A stretch of 64,000 nucleotides of DNA, taken from positions 1,440,001-1,504,000 of the forward strand of contig CBDCXL010000002.1 of NCBI GenBank assembly GCA_965223795.1. The letters are read 5' to 3'. Each line of letters starts with the position of its first letter. Positions within the stretch are counted from its first letter, which is position 1. The stretch is from Nitrospinales bacterium (GTDB taxonomy: Bacteria > Nitrospinota > Nitrospinia > Nitrospinales > VA-1). The translations under genes were made by a program, and so were the position numbers. Positions 27,955-37,544 of this stretch are shown in pieces. A model generated the notes under the pieces. It saw only the letters and a program-made list of their open reading frames with translations. It ran no database searches and had not been told where the DNA came from.

Positions 27955-28257
27955 TCATTCTTCCGCCAGTTCTTCCGCCAGTTCGGCGATCAGCTTGAGG
28001 GCTCCGAGAACCCGCAGCCTGTCGTTGTCCTCACAATCGGCAAGCCAGTCTCCGTAGCCGTTTTCCGCAAGCACGGTTTTGGAGGGCCGTCCGTCTTCTC
28101 CCACTCCCGATAGATTTTCAAGGCAAACGATTTCCGCTTTCGCCTGCGCGGCGATGCTTTCGAAATCATCGCCCGTCCGGATGCGCTTGAGGGTCTGCGT
28201 GTCTACGGGCAACTGCCGGGACAGCTCGGCCAGGATGGGATGCGCGTTGTCGTTCAT
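27955..28257 (-). CDS. Hypothetical acidic protein
   Basis: 100-aa ORF with host-like codons, 15 nt downstream of the TIR-TPR gene. Confidence 0.6.
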   Translation of the reverse strand: MNDNAHPILAELSRQLPVDTQTLKRIRTGDDFESIAAQAKAEIVCLENLSGVGEDGRPSKTVLAENGYGDWLADCEDNDRLRVLGALKLIAELAEELAEE

Positions 28258-28272
28258 GAGAGTCCCGTGTTT

Positions 28273-29550
28273 TCAAGTCAAGCGTTGCCGGAGTTCCTGG
28301 ATGCGGCGTTTCCAGGACTCGGCCCATTCTGCCGTGATGGCGCTGAAAATGGAATCGGCGCGGTCGAGATGCTGCTTCGCCTCCTCACCGCCGCCAAGCT
28401 GAATGCAGGTCTCCGCCAGATCGACGGCGACGCGCGCTTCTTCGCGCCGGTTTTCCAGATACTGCGCGACGCTCAAGGCGCGGTTCAGACATTCTTTCGC
28501 GGATTCGGGGTCCTGCCGCTTTTGGTGGTTCAAAGCGATGCCCACGAGCAGCTCCAGCTCCTTCTCATGATTTTCAAGCTCGCGGTACACGGCAAGCGCC
28601 TGGGAGTAATGTTCGATGGCAGGTGCGATTTGTCCGCGTTTGACGCAGACGAAACCCAGGCCGTTGTGGGCGCTGCCGATAAACTCACGCAATCCTTTTG
28701 AGTCCGCCAGCACGAGTTGTTCTTCGTAATAGCCCGCGGCGCGGTCGATGTCCCCCGACACGGCGTGGGCGTCTCCCAGGTTCGCCAACAGGGCGCAGAT
28801 TTCTGCGGCGCTTCCGGAATCGCGGACGAGTTTCAACTCTTCCTCAAAATAATGAATGGCCCAGCGCGTCTGCCCCAGCTGCGTGTAGGCGATTGCCAGC
28901 GCGGACAGGGCTTTCTGCTCGCCAGCGCGGTCGCAGCGGCGGCGGGCTTCCTTGAGATTGAATTTTTCGGAGTCGAGCGTGCGGCGCAATTCGGATGCGG
29001 GCGTGGTTTTGGGATCCCATTTTTTCGTGCGCGGCGGTTCATTCTTTGCGGGTAGCGCCTTTTGAACCGGTTGGGCCTGGGCCAGTTTCTGTTCGATCTC
29101 TTTTTTCAATTCCCATTCTTTCTGCAGTTCTTCGAACAGCAGATGCAGGTCGTCGTACCAGTGCGCGTTGCGCATCCGGTGTGCGCTGCTGTCGTGCAGC
29201 AGCTTCAAGGCTCCGGGCAGGCCTTTCTTTTCCGGCAGGAGGGTCTCATCGACCAGAAGGGGGACGATCAGGACATCGAGATTGAGCGCCGTCACCAGTT
29301 CGATTCGAATGCGGTCGAGCGATAACGGTTCATCAAAAGTCAGGCCGCAGCGCCCGGATGGGCCGTTTCCGATCACGACGATCAGCGCATCGCAGCTTGC
29401 AAGGGTTTCACGGATGCTTTTTTCCGAGGCCTGCGCGTTTTCGTCCTGCACGACGCACTCCGCCTGCCAGAGCGTCTCGCACTCTGCCGCCACTTTCTCG
29501 GTGAGGGCCTGGGAAGTGGCCACACACACGCTGAAATACAATTTCGGCAT
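28273..29550 (-). CDS. TPR-repeat protein with N-terminal TIR-like domain
   Basis: CDALIVVIG...DRIRIELVTAL...IVPLLVD...LP...LPGALK resembles bacterial TIR_2 domains. C-terminal LANLGDAH / AHNGLGFV TPR repeats. Confidence 0.7.
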   Translation of the reverse strand: MPKLYFSVCVATSQALTEKVAAECETLWQAECVVQDENAQASEKSIRETLASCDALIVVIGNGPSGRCGLTFDEPLSLDRIRIELVTALNLDVLIVPLLVDETLLPEKKGLPGALKLLHDSSAHRMRNAHWYDDLHLLFEELQKEWELKKEIEQKLAQAQPVQKALPAKNEPPRTKKWDPKTTPASELRRTLDSEKFNLKEARRRCDRAGEQKALSALAIAYTQLGQTRWAIHYFEEELKLVRDSGSAAEICALLANLGDAHAVSGDIDRAAGYYEEQLVLADSKGLREFIGSAHNGLGFVCVKRGQIAPAIEHYSQALAVYRELENHEKELELLVGIALNHQKRQDPESAKECLNRALSVAQYLENRREEARVAVDLAETCIQLGGGEEAKQHLDRADSIFSAITAEWAESWKRRIQELRQRLT

Positions 29551-29734
29551 CGGGCTTCTCCCGGTTCGCTGCGATGGGACCTTTCCCTCTCGACATTATA
29601 TAGAGAATCCCCGGCGTGGGAAATCGGCTTTACCTAGGCGGCGGCCGGCGCCGGCCCGACACGGTGTCCGGTCCGCCGCAGGAGGCGCGGGTGCGGGCGG
29701 CAAAAAAAGAACCGTGAACAATAGTTTCAATAGC

Positions 29735-30682
29735 TTACGAGCTTGCCACCGGCTGGGAACCCGGGGCCGCGTCTGCGGTTTTTTTGCGGGAGACGATGAA
29801 TTGATTGCGGATGTTGCCGAGGATCCGGCTCACAACCGGCTTGAACGGAAGTTTCTGAAACAGCCGGGCCGTTCCGCCGCCGGCGTGCGTGAGATAAAAC
29901 TGCATGGGCGCCACGTGGTTGCCGAACACCTTGAGGGACAGTTCCCGGTAGCGGCGGTTTTTCCAGTAGGACAATCCATCCTGGCAGTAGCGCTGGTTGA
30001 GATCGGCCACGTGGCGCCAGGACTTGCCGGTCTGATACCCGTTGCGGACGCCGAGCAGCGCCCACAACACCAGCCACCAGCGCGGGCAGGTGGGCCAGAA
30101 GTAATTGGCCAGCGGCACGTATATGTGCGGCTCGCTGGGCAGATACCATTTTCCCGGAAACACGTGCATCGCGTAGCCCCCCGGTTTCAGGACCCGGTGG
30201 ATCTCCCAAAAACACTGCATTTTGTTTTTCGCATGTTCCAGCACCGAGCTGCTGAACACCACGTCGAACTGTTCGTCTTCATAGGGCAGGCGGTAGGGCT
30301 GCATGAGAATGGTCTTGAATCGTGCATCCGGCACGGCGGGATTCTTGAGCCATTTCTGTTTCAGGTCGCAGCCGTACGCGTCGTAGCCCAGCTCCTGAAA
30401 CTGCCGCACCATTTCGCCGCTGCCGCAGCCGAAATCCAGGATTTTCACTTTGGAAGGGTCGTTGAACCCGCAGACGTCCCGCATGTAAGGATGGAAAATC
30501 GGATAGGTCTTGTGCTCCTCGGTTGTCAGTTTTCTCGCTTTCACGATTGTGAATTCCGGATGGCTTGCAACGTGGACCCCATGCTTCTCCTTGAATGTAG
30601 CTTCCCGGCTCAGGAATCCCAACTTTTTTTCTGGCTGTTTTTCACAATTGTCCGCAGGACGGGGAATATCAATGCGTCTCAT
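29735..30682 (-). CDS. Class I SAM-dependent methyltransferase (start uncertain, probably downstream of 30682)
   Basis: ILDFGCGSG, LPYEDEQFDVVFSSSVLEH, EIHRVLKPGG, EPH. Confidence 0.85.
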   Translation of the reverse strand: MRRIDIPRPADNCEKQPEKKLGFLSREATFKEKHGVHVASHPEFTIVKARKLTTEEHKTYPIFHPYMRDVCGFNDPSKVKILDFGCGSGEMVRQFQELGYDAYGCDLKQKWLKNPAVPDARFKTILMQPYRLPYEDEQFDVVFSSSVLEHAKNKMQCFWEIHRVLKPGGYAMHVFPGKWYLPSEPHIYVPLANYFWPTCPRWWLVLWALLGVRNGYQTGKSWRHVADLNQRYCQDGLSYWKNRRYRELSLKVFGNHVAPMQFYLTHAGGGTARLFQKLPFKPVVSRILGNIRNQFIVSRKKTADAAPGSQPVASS

Positions 30683-30891
30683 GCCCTACGGCCTGGACAC
30701 AGGCGCACGGCCGGATGAAGCGGATCTTGCAAAATGGCGCAGAAACCTTAAGGAGGTCTTTTTTTCTCAGGCGGCTTCGCCTCGGGCGGTTGTCACGCGG
30801 GTAGGTTCGGCTGGGCGGAACCGGACAACCTGGAACGGGGAAAATTGAGTATAATGGCTCGCTTCGCAGCTTGCCCACTAAGGAGATTGAG

Positions 30892-31317
30892 ATGAGCGAT
30901 CGGGAATACGCAGGATTCTGGATTCGGACGGGGGCGGCGCTGATCGACACGCTGGCGCTGCTGATCGTCATCGGCCCCATCGTCACCGCCATCTACGGCA
31001 AAGAGTACTGGTTCAGCGAAGCGCTGGCGCTGGGTTTCTGGGACGTGCTGCTGAATTATGTTTTTCCCGCCATCGTGATCCTGCTTTTCTGGACCTACCG
31101 TTCCGCCACGCCGGGAAAACTGCTGACCCGGCTCACCATTGTCGACGCCGAGTCGGGAGAAAAACCCACCACCGGGCAGTTCATCCTGCGTTACCTCGGC
31201 TACTACGTCTCCATCCTGCCGCTGTTTCTGGGAATCATCTGGGTGGGCATCGACAAGCGAAAGCAGGGCTTCCACGACAAGCTCGCCGGCACCCTCGTCC
31301 TGCGCGAGCGGCCCTGA
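30892..31317 (+). CDS. RDD family protein
   Basis: YAGFWIRTGAALID, ATPGK, KQGFHDKLAGT. TAAGGAG RBS and TATAAT at 30850-30855. Confidence 0.9.
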   Translation: MSDREYAGFWIRTGAALIDTLALLIVIGPIVTAIYGKEYWFSEALALGFWDVLLNYVFPAIVILLFWTYRSATPGKLLTRLTIVDAESGEKPTTGQFILRYLGYYVSILPLFLGIIWVGIDKRKQGFHDKLAGTLVLRERP

Positions 31318-31410
31318 CACGCCGGGCTGCCGCGGCGTTGTGCGCGTTGCCCCGCGCGCCCAGGGGAAAAGCCAACGAACCGCTTTGCAATCAATCGCCT
31401 GCGTGATTTT

Positions 31411-31695
31411 TCAAGCCAGGGTCAGGCCATTGAGGCTGCGCTGCAGCCCGGCGAGACTGCTGGAGTGGCTGCGCTCGATGGGAATGCCGTATTTCCGCGA
31501 AGCCCGCACCACTTCCCGGACCAGGCTGTGGGAAACCGTATCGGTGAACAGCACGATGCCCTGGAATCCATTGAGGCGCTGGGCCAGATTGGGCACCCGC
31601 TGACTGAAGATCTTTAATTTCAAGCCCCGCTTTTTGCCCTTCTGGGTGTACAAAGGCTTCAACCGGTCCAACCCTCCGATGACAGCAACGCTCAT
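31411..31695 (-). CDS. DUF2325-like protein
   Basis: MSVAVIGG.DR...IVLFTDTVSH...GIP...HSSS pattern. Confidence 0.75.
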   Translation of the reverse strand: MSVAVIGGLDRLKPLYTQKGKKRGLKLKIFSQRVPNLAQRLNGFQGIVLFTDTVSHSLVREVVRASRKYGIPIERSHSSSLAGLQRSLNGLTLA

Positions 31696-31712
31696 GACGC
31701 CCCCTATTAAAT

Positions 31713-31731
31713 AATAATGAGAATCATTATC
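31713..31731. promoter_or_regulatory. Fur box
   Basis: AATAATGAGAATCATTATC matches 17/19 of the Fur consensus, 17 nt upstream of the DUF2325-like start codon. Confidence 0.8.
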
Positions 31732-31983
31732 ATAATAGACGAAGCCGCACAGAGGGTCAACCCGTTTTTTTTAACTGGCTGAAAATTAATGCCTTATATC
31801 TAACTACCAGCAAGTGTGGAACGTTTAGGCGGGATTCGGGCAGGGGTGCATGGCCGTTCGCTCACCAGGACGGGGCCTTCGGCCCCTCCTGCGGGTTCAC
31901 TGGCCCGCGCGGGAAAAGGGGCTCATGAGAACGATATTATTAAGGAAAGCCAACCGGGAGCGGGTATTCCTGGAAAAGCCGGG

Positions 31984-32223
31984 TCAGGGGATGTTGTATT
32001 CGGCTTTGCCGCGCTCAAAACTTTCGTGCGAGCCGGTGTCCGGGTCGCCGTGCACGTTGTTTTTTTCCCATTCGATATTTTCCTGATTGAGCAGGCGGAT
32101 TTCCGCGGTCAGCTCCTGCACGGTCTGCGTCAACTCCAATACTTTTTGCTGCAGACGGTCGTGTTCGGATTTCAGGGTCCGCCATTCGCGATCGTGACTC
32201 TTCAAAAACATGTATTCGTACAT
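31984..32223 (-). CDS. Small hypothetical coiled-coil protein
   Basis: Heptad pattern LKSEHDRLQQKVLELTQTVQELTAEIRLL. AAAGGA RBS. Confidence 0.55.
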   Translation of the reverse strand: MYEYMFLKSHDREWRTLKSEHDRLQQKVLELTQTVQELTAEIRLLNQENIEWEKNNVHGDPDTGSHESFERGKAEYNIP

Positions 32224-32302
32224 GGATGTCCTTTCAATTTTGTCGCATTCAAACAGAGTTTTTAAATTTTTTAAACTTATTGAGCTGCTTCGATGCCTCA
32301 GC

Positions 32303-33082
32303 TCACAGGGCGCCGACGGCCTCCCGGTTTGAAAAACTGGTTTTCTGTATGTTGTGATTGTCGCGCGTCGGCTGAACTTTTTTTGCCAGCACCAGGCCCC
32401 CGTATGCCGTGAACAGGGACTGCATCGGTCTCAAAAACCGGCGGCTGCCGATGAACGTTTCCGCCTTGAAGAATCCCCGGTTCACCCACTGCACCGCTTT
32501 TTCTTCCGGCACTCCCAGTTTTTTCAGCACTTCAAAAGACAGATACAATCCTGCGCGCAGGAATTTGAACTTCTGCACCAGCCTGCAACCCACACCCCTG
32601 TAGATGATGCGATCGACTTCAAAACCACAGGCGTGCAGCAGGCGGCTCAGGGTTTTTTCGGTGTGCACCCGCACGTGGTACTCGGCTTCGTCGGCGCGCG
32701 AGAAACTGGAGATGAAGGGGATGGTGAGCGAAAGCAGGCCGTCCCGTTTCAGGACCCGGTGGATCTCCCTCAGGGCATCCTGATCCCGCTCCAGATGTTC
32801 GAGCACTTCGTTGCACACGACCGCGTCGAAGCTCTCGTTCTGCACCGGCAGGGTATCTTCGATGGACTGCACGATCAGGCCGGGAATGTATTCGTGATCG
32901 ACGATGTCGACGACGGTCAATCGCTTGCCGGCGTCCTTCAGCATCAGGTAATCGCGTCCCCCGGCATCTCCCACCAGCAGCACGTCCTGGCAGGGCCCGA
33001 GGTTTGAAAGGGTGAACTGGGCATGGATGAAGGCATCCGGCGATCGCAGCGGATGCGTGATGGTATGACCGAATCGGGCCAT
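32303..33082 (-). CDS. Class I SAM-dependent methyltransferase-like protein (atypical motif I)
   Basis: LPVQNESFDAVVCNEVLEH...ALREIHRVLKRDG. Motif I is degenerate (VLLVGDAGG). AAGGAGG RBS. Confidence 0.8.
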   Translation of the reverse strand: MARFGHTITHPLRSPDAFIHAQFTLSNLGPCQDVLLVGDAGGRDYLMLKDAGKRLTVVDIVDHEYIPGLIVQSIEDTLPVQNESFDAVVCNEVLEHLERDQDALREIHRVLKRDGLLSLTIPFISSFSRADEAEYHVRVHTEKTLSRLLHACGFEVDRIIYRGVGCRLVQKFKFLRAGLYLSFEVLKKLGVPEEKAVQWVNRGFFKAETFIGSRRFLRPMQSLFTAYGGLVLAKKVQPTRDNHNIQKTSFSNREAVGAL

Positions 33083-33479
33083 GCTTTCCTCCTTGTCTGC
33101 GGGTTCAGGCAGAACGGCGCCTGTTTCACCGAACGTGTGCTGCCGGGCTTGCAACGGGAGTCAAAAATATGACTGAATTCCTTGATAGAATATAAAAAGC
33201 AATATTCAGGCCAAAGTCTTGAAATCATTCCATTCTTTGCGCTGTACCGAGTTTCGTTTCTGCGTGCGGCATGGAAAAAGGAGGCGGGCTGCTGTTAAGA
33301 ATGCGGGCTTTCTTCTGTTCTGCTTTGTGACTTAAATTGTATTTTTATAGGGTCTAATTCATTTCATTAACATTAAAACTTCCTATAAAATTTTAGTGGG
33401 TGGCAGGTTACCGGATCGTTACAACTCGAACCCGTTTGGGATTTGCAGCCTGTCATAGGATTGGCGGTCCTGGGCGCCA

Positions 33480-33501
33480 AAATGTGATCTAGATCACAAA
33501 A
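33480..33501. promoter_or_regulatory. CRP/FNR-family (CRP-type) binding site
   Basis: AAATGTGATCTAGATCACAAAA; the first 19 nt are identical to the symmetric CRP consensus AAATGTGATCTAGATCACATTT. Confidence 0.75.
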
Positions 33502-33576
33502 TTTCCTTGCAATCCGGGCGACAAAAACGTAGTGTTCGGCTTGAAAAAGGGTTGGATCGATAGAAAAGTGTGAGAA

Positions 33577-34371
33577 ATGAACAAACCGATCGATTTTCCA
33601 TCCGAAACCTGCCAGTCCACGCCTCCCTCCGATCACCGATTCGCGGATTTCAGCGGTCAACATCTGGCAGGAAAAGATTTTCGCTGGATTCAGGCGGAAG
33701 CCGCCGACTTTCGCAGGGCTGATCTGTCGCGGACGGATTTCAGCGGCGCGGAACTTATGGATGCGGATTTGAGTTACTGCAACCTGTCCCGCGCCAACCT
33801 CTCGGAAGCCAATCTCAAGGGCGCGACGCTGAAAGGCGCGCTGCTGGATGGAGCCGATCTCACCGGCGTTTCCCTAAGCGGGGCGGATCTGTCGGAATGC
33901 AGCCTCAAGGGTGTGGATATCAGCTGGGGCAATCTGACGGGCGCGGATCTCAGCGGCGCCCGGCTTTCAGACAGCAAGCTGCTCGGATGCACGCTGATCG
34001 AAGCCACTCTGAAAGAGGGCGACCTGCGCGGCGCAGATTTCAGGGCAACCGATCTTCGCCGGGCCTGCCTGGCGAATGCCGACCTTTCCGGCAGCAATCT
34101 CGACGGGGCGCACCTGGCCTTCGCCGACCTCACAGGCGCCTGCCTGACGGAAGCCAATCTCTCCTTCGCCAATCTCACGCACGCCAATCTCCAGGGCGCG
34201 TTGCTGAAAAAAGCCGACTTCCACAGAGCGAATTTTTCGCACACGAACCTCAACTGGGCCGACTTGGCGCAGGCGCGCAACCTCCGTCTCGAACAGCTGA
34301 ACAAAAGCGTGCTGGATCACGAAACCCGCTGGCCCAACAAGCTGTATTCCTTTCTGGCCATCTGGACCTGA
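33577..34371 (+). CDS. Pentapeptide repeat protein
   Basis: Long uninterrupted run of A(D/N)Lxx repeats. Confidence 0.92.
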   Translation: MNKPIDFPSETCQSTPPSDHRFADFSGQHLAGKDFRWIQAEAADFRRADLSRTDFSGAELMDADLSYCNLSRANLSEANLKGATLKGALLDGADLTGVSLSGADLSECSLKGVDISWGNLTGADLSGARLSDSKLLGCTLIEATLKEGDLRGADFRATDLRRACLANADLSGSNLDGAHLAFADLTGACLTEANLSFANLTHANLQGALLKKADFHRANFSHTNLNWADLAQARNLRLEQLNKSVLDHETRWPNKLYSFLAIWT

Positions 34372-34396
34372 TTCCGCAAACTCCTTCCCGCCCGCT

Positions 34397-35791
34397 TCAC
34401 CTCCCCTTCCCCAGAGTCATCCGCCAGAATGTTTTCAGAATGATCAGGGTGTCCAGCTTCAGGGAATAATTGCGGATATAAAACAGATCGTATTCGAATT
34501 TTCTCAGCGTGTCGCGGATGTTCTCGCCATAGGAATACTTCACCTGCGCCCAGCCCGTGATTCCGGGTTTGACCAGATGCCGGAACTTGTAAAACGGAAT
34601 TTCCTTTTCATAGATCTGGGTGAGCTGATTCCATTCGGCCCGCGGACCGATCAGACTCATGTCTCCCTTGAGCACATTGAACAACTGCGGCAGCTCGTCC
34701 AGGTGCAGAAGACGCGACCAGCGTCCCACACGGGTGATGCGGCGGTCGTTTTTGCGCGTGTACAAATCGCTGTTGTCGTTGTCGTGGTACATCGTGCGGA
34801 ATTTGTAGACGCGAATGGGAACGTTGTTCTTGCCAATGCGCATTTGTGTGAAGATGACCGGACCTTTGCTGTCCATCCGGATGAGCACGGGAAGGATCAG
34901 GAATATGGGTGTGAACACGATCAGCGCGAGTGAGGAAAAAAAGATATCGGTCAGCCGCTTGAAATTTTCGAACACCGGACTTTTCGCCAGTTGAAACCCG
35001 CCTCTGAGCAGCAAATGCGGCCGCACGATCGTGTAGGGAATTCTCTGAAAATATTTTTCGTAAAACTGTTCGACGGAAAAAATCGGCACGTTGGCCATGT
35101 GGCATTCGACCAGTTTCTCGACCAGTTCCTTGTGATACCCCCTGCGCTCGTCGGAAAGGATGATCGCCTTGTACTGCTTCACTTTTTCCAGGAAGCGGAT
35201 CGGATCGCCCGCCACCACAGGGGAGAACTCGCCGCACAATCGCTGCCCCGACATTTTACCGGTGGTGTCGGCGACCACGATGTCATGATCGAGCCCCGAT
35301 TCGCTCCAATCGAGATACAGCCGCTTGGCCAGATCCCCGGCGCCGATCACCAGAAACGCTTTTTTCTTTTTCGGGGCAACCAGCGTGATGACCGCGCCTT
35401 TCCGGTACAGGATGGAAGCCAGGGCGAACAGGACCCCCACGTACAAAAAATCGCGTGCATTCTGGGATCCGCCGATGTTCGAACTGGAATGGTACAGAAT
35501 GAAGGAGAGGACCGCGGCGCCGATCAACAGCACCGCCCAATGCCTGCGCTCGTAGGATTCGATGTCCTTGATGGTTTGCGGGAAATAGCCGCCGACGCTG
35601 TACAACAGCACGACGATGGACACGATCTGCAGGGAAAAAAGAGCGATGCGCGGTTCCATGCCTGCCGCCCCCGCATCCATCGCCAGCGCAAACACCGCCC
35701 AGACGACGAACAGGGTGACCATGTCCAGCGCCAGCAGAACTGCCGGACACGCCGCCAGCGACGGATTCCAGTTTTTAACGTTGGCGATCAT
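34397..35791 (-). CDS. Priming polyprenyl-phosphate glycosyl-1-phosphate transferase (WcaJ/WbaP-like)
   Basis: KRLTDI, YKFRTM, LDELPQLFNVLKGDMSLIGPR, VKPGITGWAQV. ATGA overlap with the upstream GT. Confidence 0.92.
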   Translation of the reverse strand: MIANVKNWNPSLAACPAVLLALDMVTLFVVWAVFALAMDAGAAGMEPRIALFSLQIVSIVVLLYSVGGYFPQTIKDIESYERRHWAVLLIGAAVLSFILYHSSSNIGGSQNARDFLYVGVLFALASILYRKGAVITLVAPKKKKAFLVIGAGDLAKRLYLDWSESGLDHDIVVADTTGKMSGQRLCGEFSPVVAGDPIRFLEKVKQYKAIILSDERRGYHKELVEKLVECHMANVPIFSVEQFYEKYFQRIPYTIVRPHLLLRGGFQLAKSPVFENFKRLTDIFFSSLALIVFTPIFLILPVLIRMDSKGPVIFTQMRIGKNNVPIRVYKFRTMYHDNDNSDLYTRKNDRRITRVGRWSRLLHLDELPQLFNVLKGDMSLIGPRAEWNQLTQIYEKEIPFYKFRHLVKPGITGWAQVKYSYGENIRDTLRKFEYDLFYIRNYSLKLDTLIILKTFWRMTLGKGR

Positions 35792-37071
35792 TTTTTCAAC
35801 GAATACTTCGCTTCGATGGACGTTGCCGCAGCCGGTTTCCGCTCCGCAACCGCACCGGCCACACCGCGGCACACGTCGATCATCTGATTGGCAAATTGTT
35901 CTCTGCTGAAACCCGCGGATGCATCCCTGCTGGCCCTGGCATGACGCTGCATCCGTTCGGGATTTTCACAAAGCAGCGTCAGCGTGCGCACAAACCGTTC
36001 CGGATCTTCCGGAGGAATCGCCACTCCCGCACCGGTCTCCTCCACGATGGAGGCGGCTTCTCCCTGGGGAATCGCCGCCAGGATGGGAAGCCCCATTCCC
36101 ATGGCTTCAAAGATTTTTGAAGGAATGACCGTCTCGAACACAGGATCGTTTTTCAAATGCACCAATGCCAGATCGCAGAGGCTCCAGTACTCGGGCATGA
36201 ATTCCTTGGGTTGGGACGGCACGAAGGTGACATTGCTCAATCCAAGCTGGCGGCTTTTTTTGATCAGGCCTTCGCGCGCGCTGCCCGGTCCCACGAACAA
36301 AAAATGAAACCGGGGGTTCCGCTGCAATCTTTCGGCAACCTGCAACACGGAATCCAGCCCGTGCGCCATGCCCAGCGTGCCGATGTAACCGATGACAAAC
36401 TTTTTCTCAAGGTCGAGTTCACGCAAAAGGCGCGGGTTCTTTTCCCTGGGGGAGTAACGGTCCTGGCTCACGCCGTTCAACACGACGTGGATTTTATTCG
36501 CGGGCACGCCGCGGCGGATCAGATCTTTTTTGAACGTGTGCGTGACGGGAACGATGGCGTCCGCCTTGCGGTACAAAAACAGCTCCAGTCTCTCCAGCCA
36601 GCGGACCAGCGCCCCCTCGCGCATCGCCGACACCGCCACGATCGACGCGGGCCACAGATCGCGCAGCTCGAAAATCCACGGGACCCCGCGCATGCGCGAG
36701 AGCAGCCAGCCGGATATGGAAGTGAAAAACTGCGGCGAGGTGGCCACGATCACGTCGGGCCGCTTCTCCCACAGGCCGAAAAAGAGCGCGCTCAGCATGA
36801 AGGAAATGTAGTCGAGCGTGCGCAGCACCAGCCCCGAATTGGCGGTGATGAAGGTTTTGACGCGCACCACGCGGATGCCATCGAGCGTTTCGACGACACG
36901 CCATTTATTCTTATAGCCGGGATACACCTTCCCCTCGGGAAAGTTGGGCGCGCCGGTGATGACGGTGACCGAATGCCCCCATTGCACCCAAAGCCGGGCG
37001 TGCTCGTGCACACGGGTGGCGGGCGCATTGCGCTCGGGCGGGAAATTATCCGTTAAAAACAAAATGTTCAT
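35788..37071 (-). CDS. Glycosyltransferase family 4 (WbuB-like)
   Basis: MNILFLTDNFPPE, ATSPQFF, FELRDLWP, YIGTLGMAHGL, IPSKIFEAMGMG. Confidence 0.9.
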   Translation of the reverse strand: MNILFLTDNFPPERNAPATRVHEHARLWVQWGHSVTVITGAPNFPEGKVYPGYKNKWRVVETLDGIRVVRVKTFITANSGLVLRTLDYISFMLSALFFGLWEKRPDVIVATSPQFFTSISGWLLSRMRGVPWIFELRDLWPASIVAVSAMREGALVRWLERLELFLYRKADAIVPVTHTFKKDLIRRGVPANKIHVVLNGVSQDRYSPREKNPRLLRELDLEKKFVIGYIGTLGMAHGLDSVLQVAERLQRNPRFHFLFVGPGSAREGLIKKSRQLGLSNVTFVPSQPKEFMPEYWSLCDLALVHLKNDPVFETVIPSKIFEAMGMGLPILAAIPQGEAASIVEETGAGVAIPPEDPERFVRTLTLLCENPERMQRHARASRDASAGFSREQFANQMIDVCRGVAGAVAERKPAAATSIEAKYSLKK

Positions 37072-37362
37072 GCCACCTCGCCGGCTGGGTTGACGCTCGA
37101 TGTGGACTGTTGCCGCGCAGGTGTGACGCACGCGCAACAGCCGTAAACATGGCGCTGGTTTATCAGAAAAATTGACTAATTTTGGTTTGAGGGATGCCGC
37201 TCAGACTCCACCAACCGGCATCCTTCCCCCCGCCGATGGGCGCAATGAGTCTTCAATCCTGAATCCGGGTGCCGCTCAACACCCGTTGATTCCCCCGGAA
37301 TTTAACTTCTTTAATTACAATCGCTTCATTTTTTTGACAGGAACAACTCATTGATTTAAAAA

Positions 37363-37379
37363 AGCAAACGCCATGCCAA
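37363..37379 (-). promoter_or_regulatory. Sigma54 (-24/-12) promoter upstream of the GT4-WcaJ pair
   Basis: TTGGCATGGCGTTTGCT (GG-N10-GC). IHF consensus AATCAATGAGTTG is adjacent at 37356-37344. Confidence 0.7.
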
Positions 37380-37544
37380 ATAATATCCTTATTTTTTAAT
37401 ACCTTAGGCAAACGATGCCCGCCAAATCCTTGGCAGTCGCGGGAATCCCGCTCGCATGCCGCCGATTCCCCGGGAAGCAGGCGGACTCACCAGCTTGATT
37501 CAGAATGAAACGCGCAGCGGCGCTCGACGGAATGCCTTCGATTT

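Noticed and set aside
33577..34371. Qnr quinolone-resistance gene
   Set aside because: Generic A(D/N)Lxx pentapeptide repeats with no Qnr-specific features recognisable and no mobile context.
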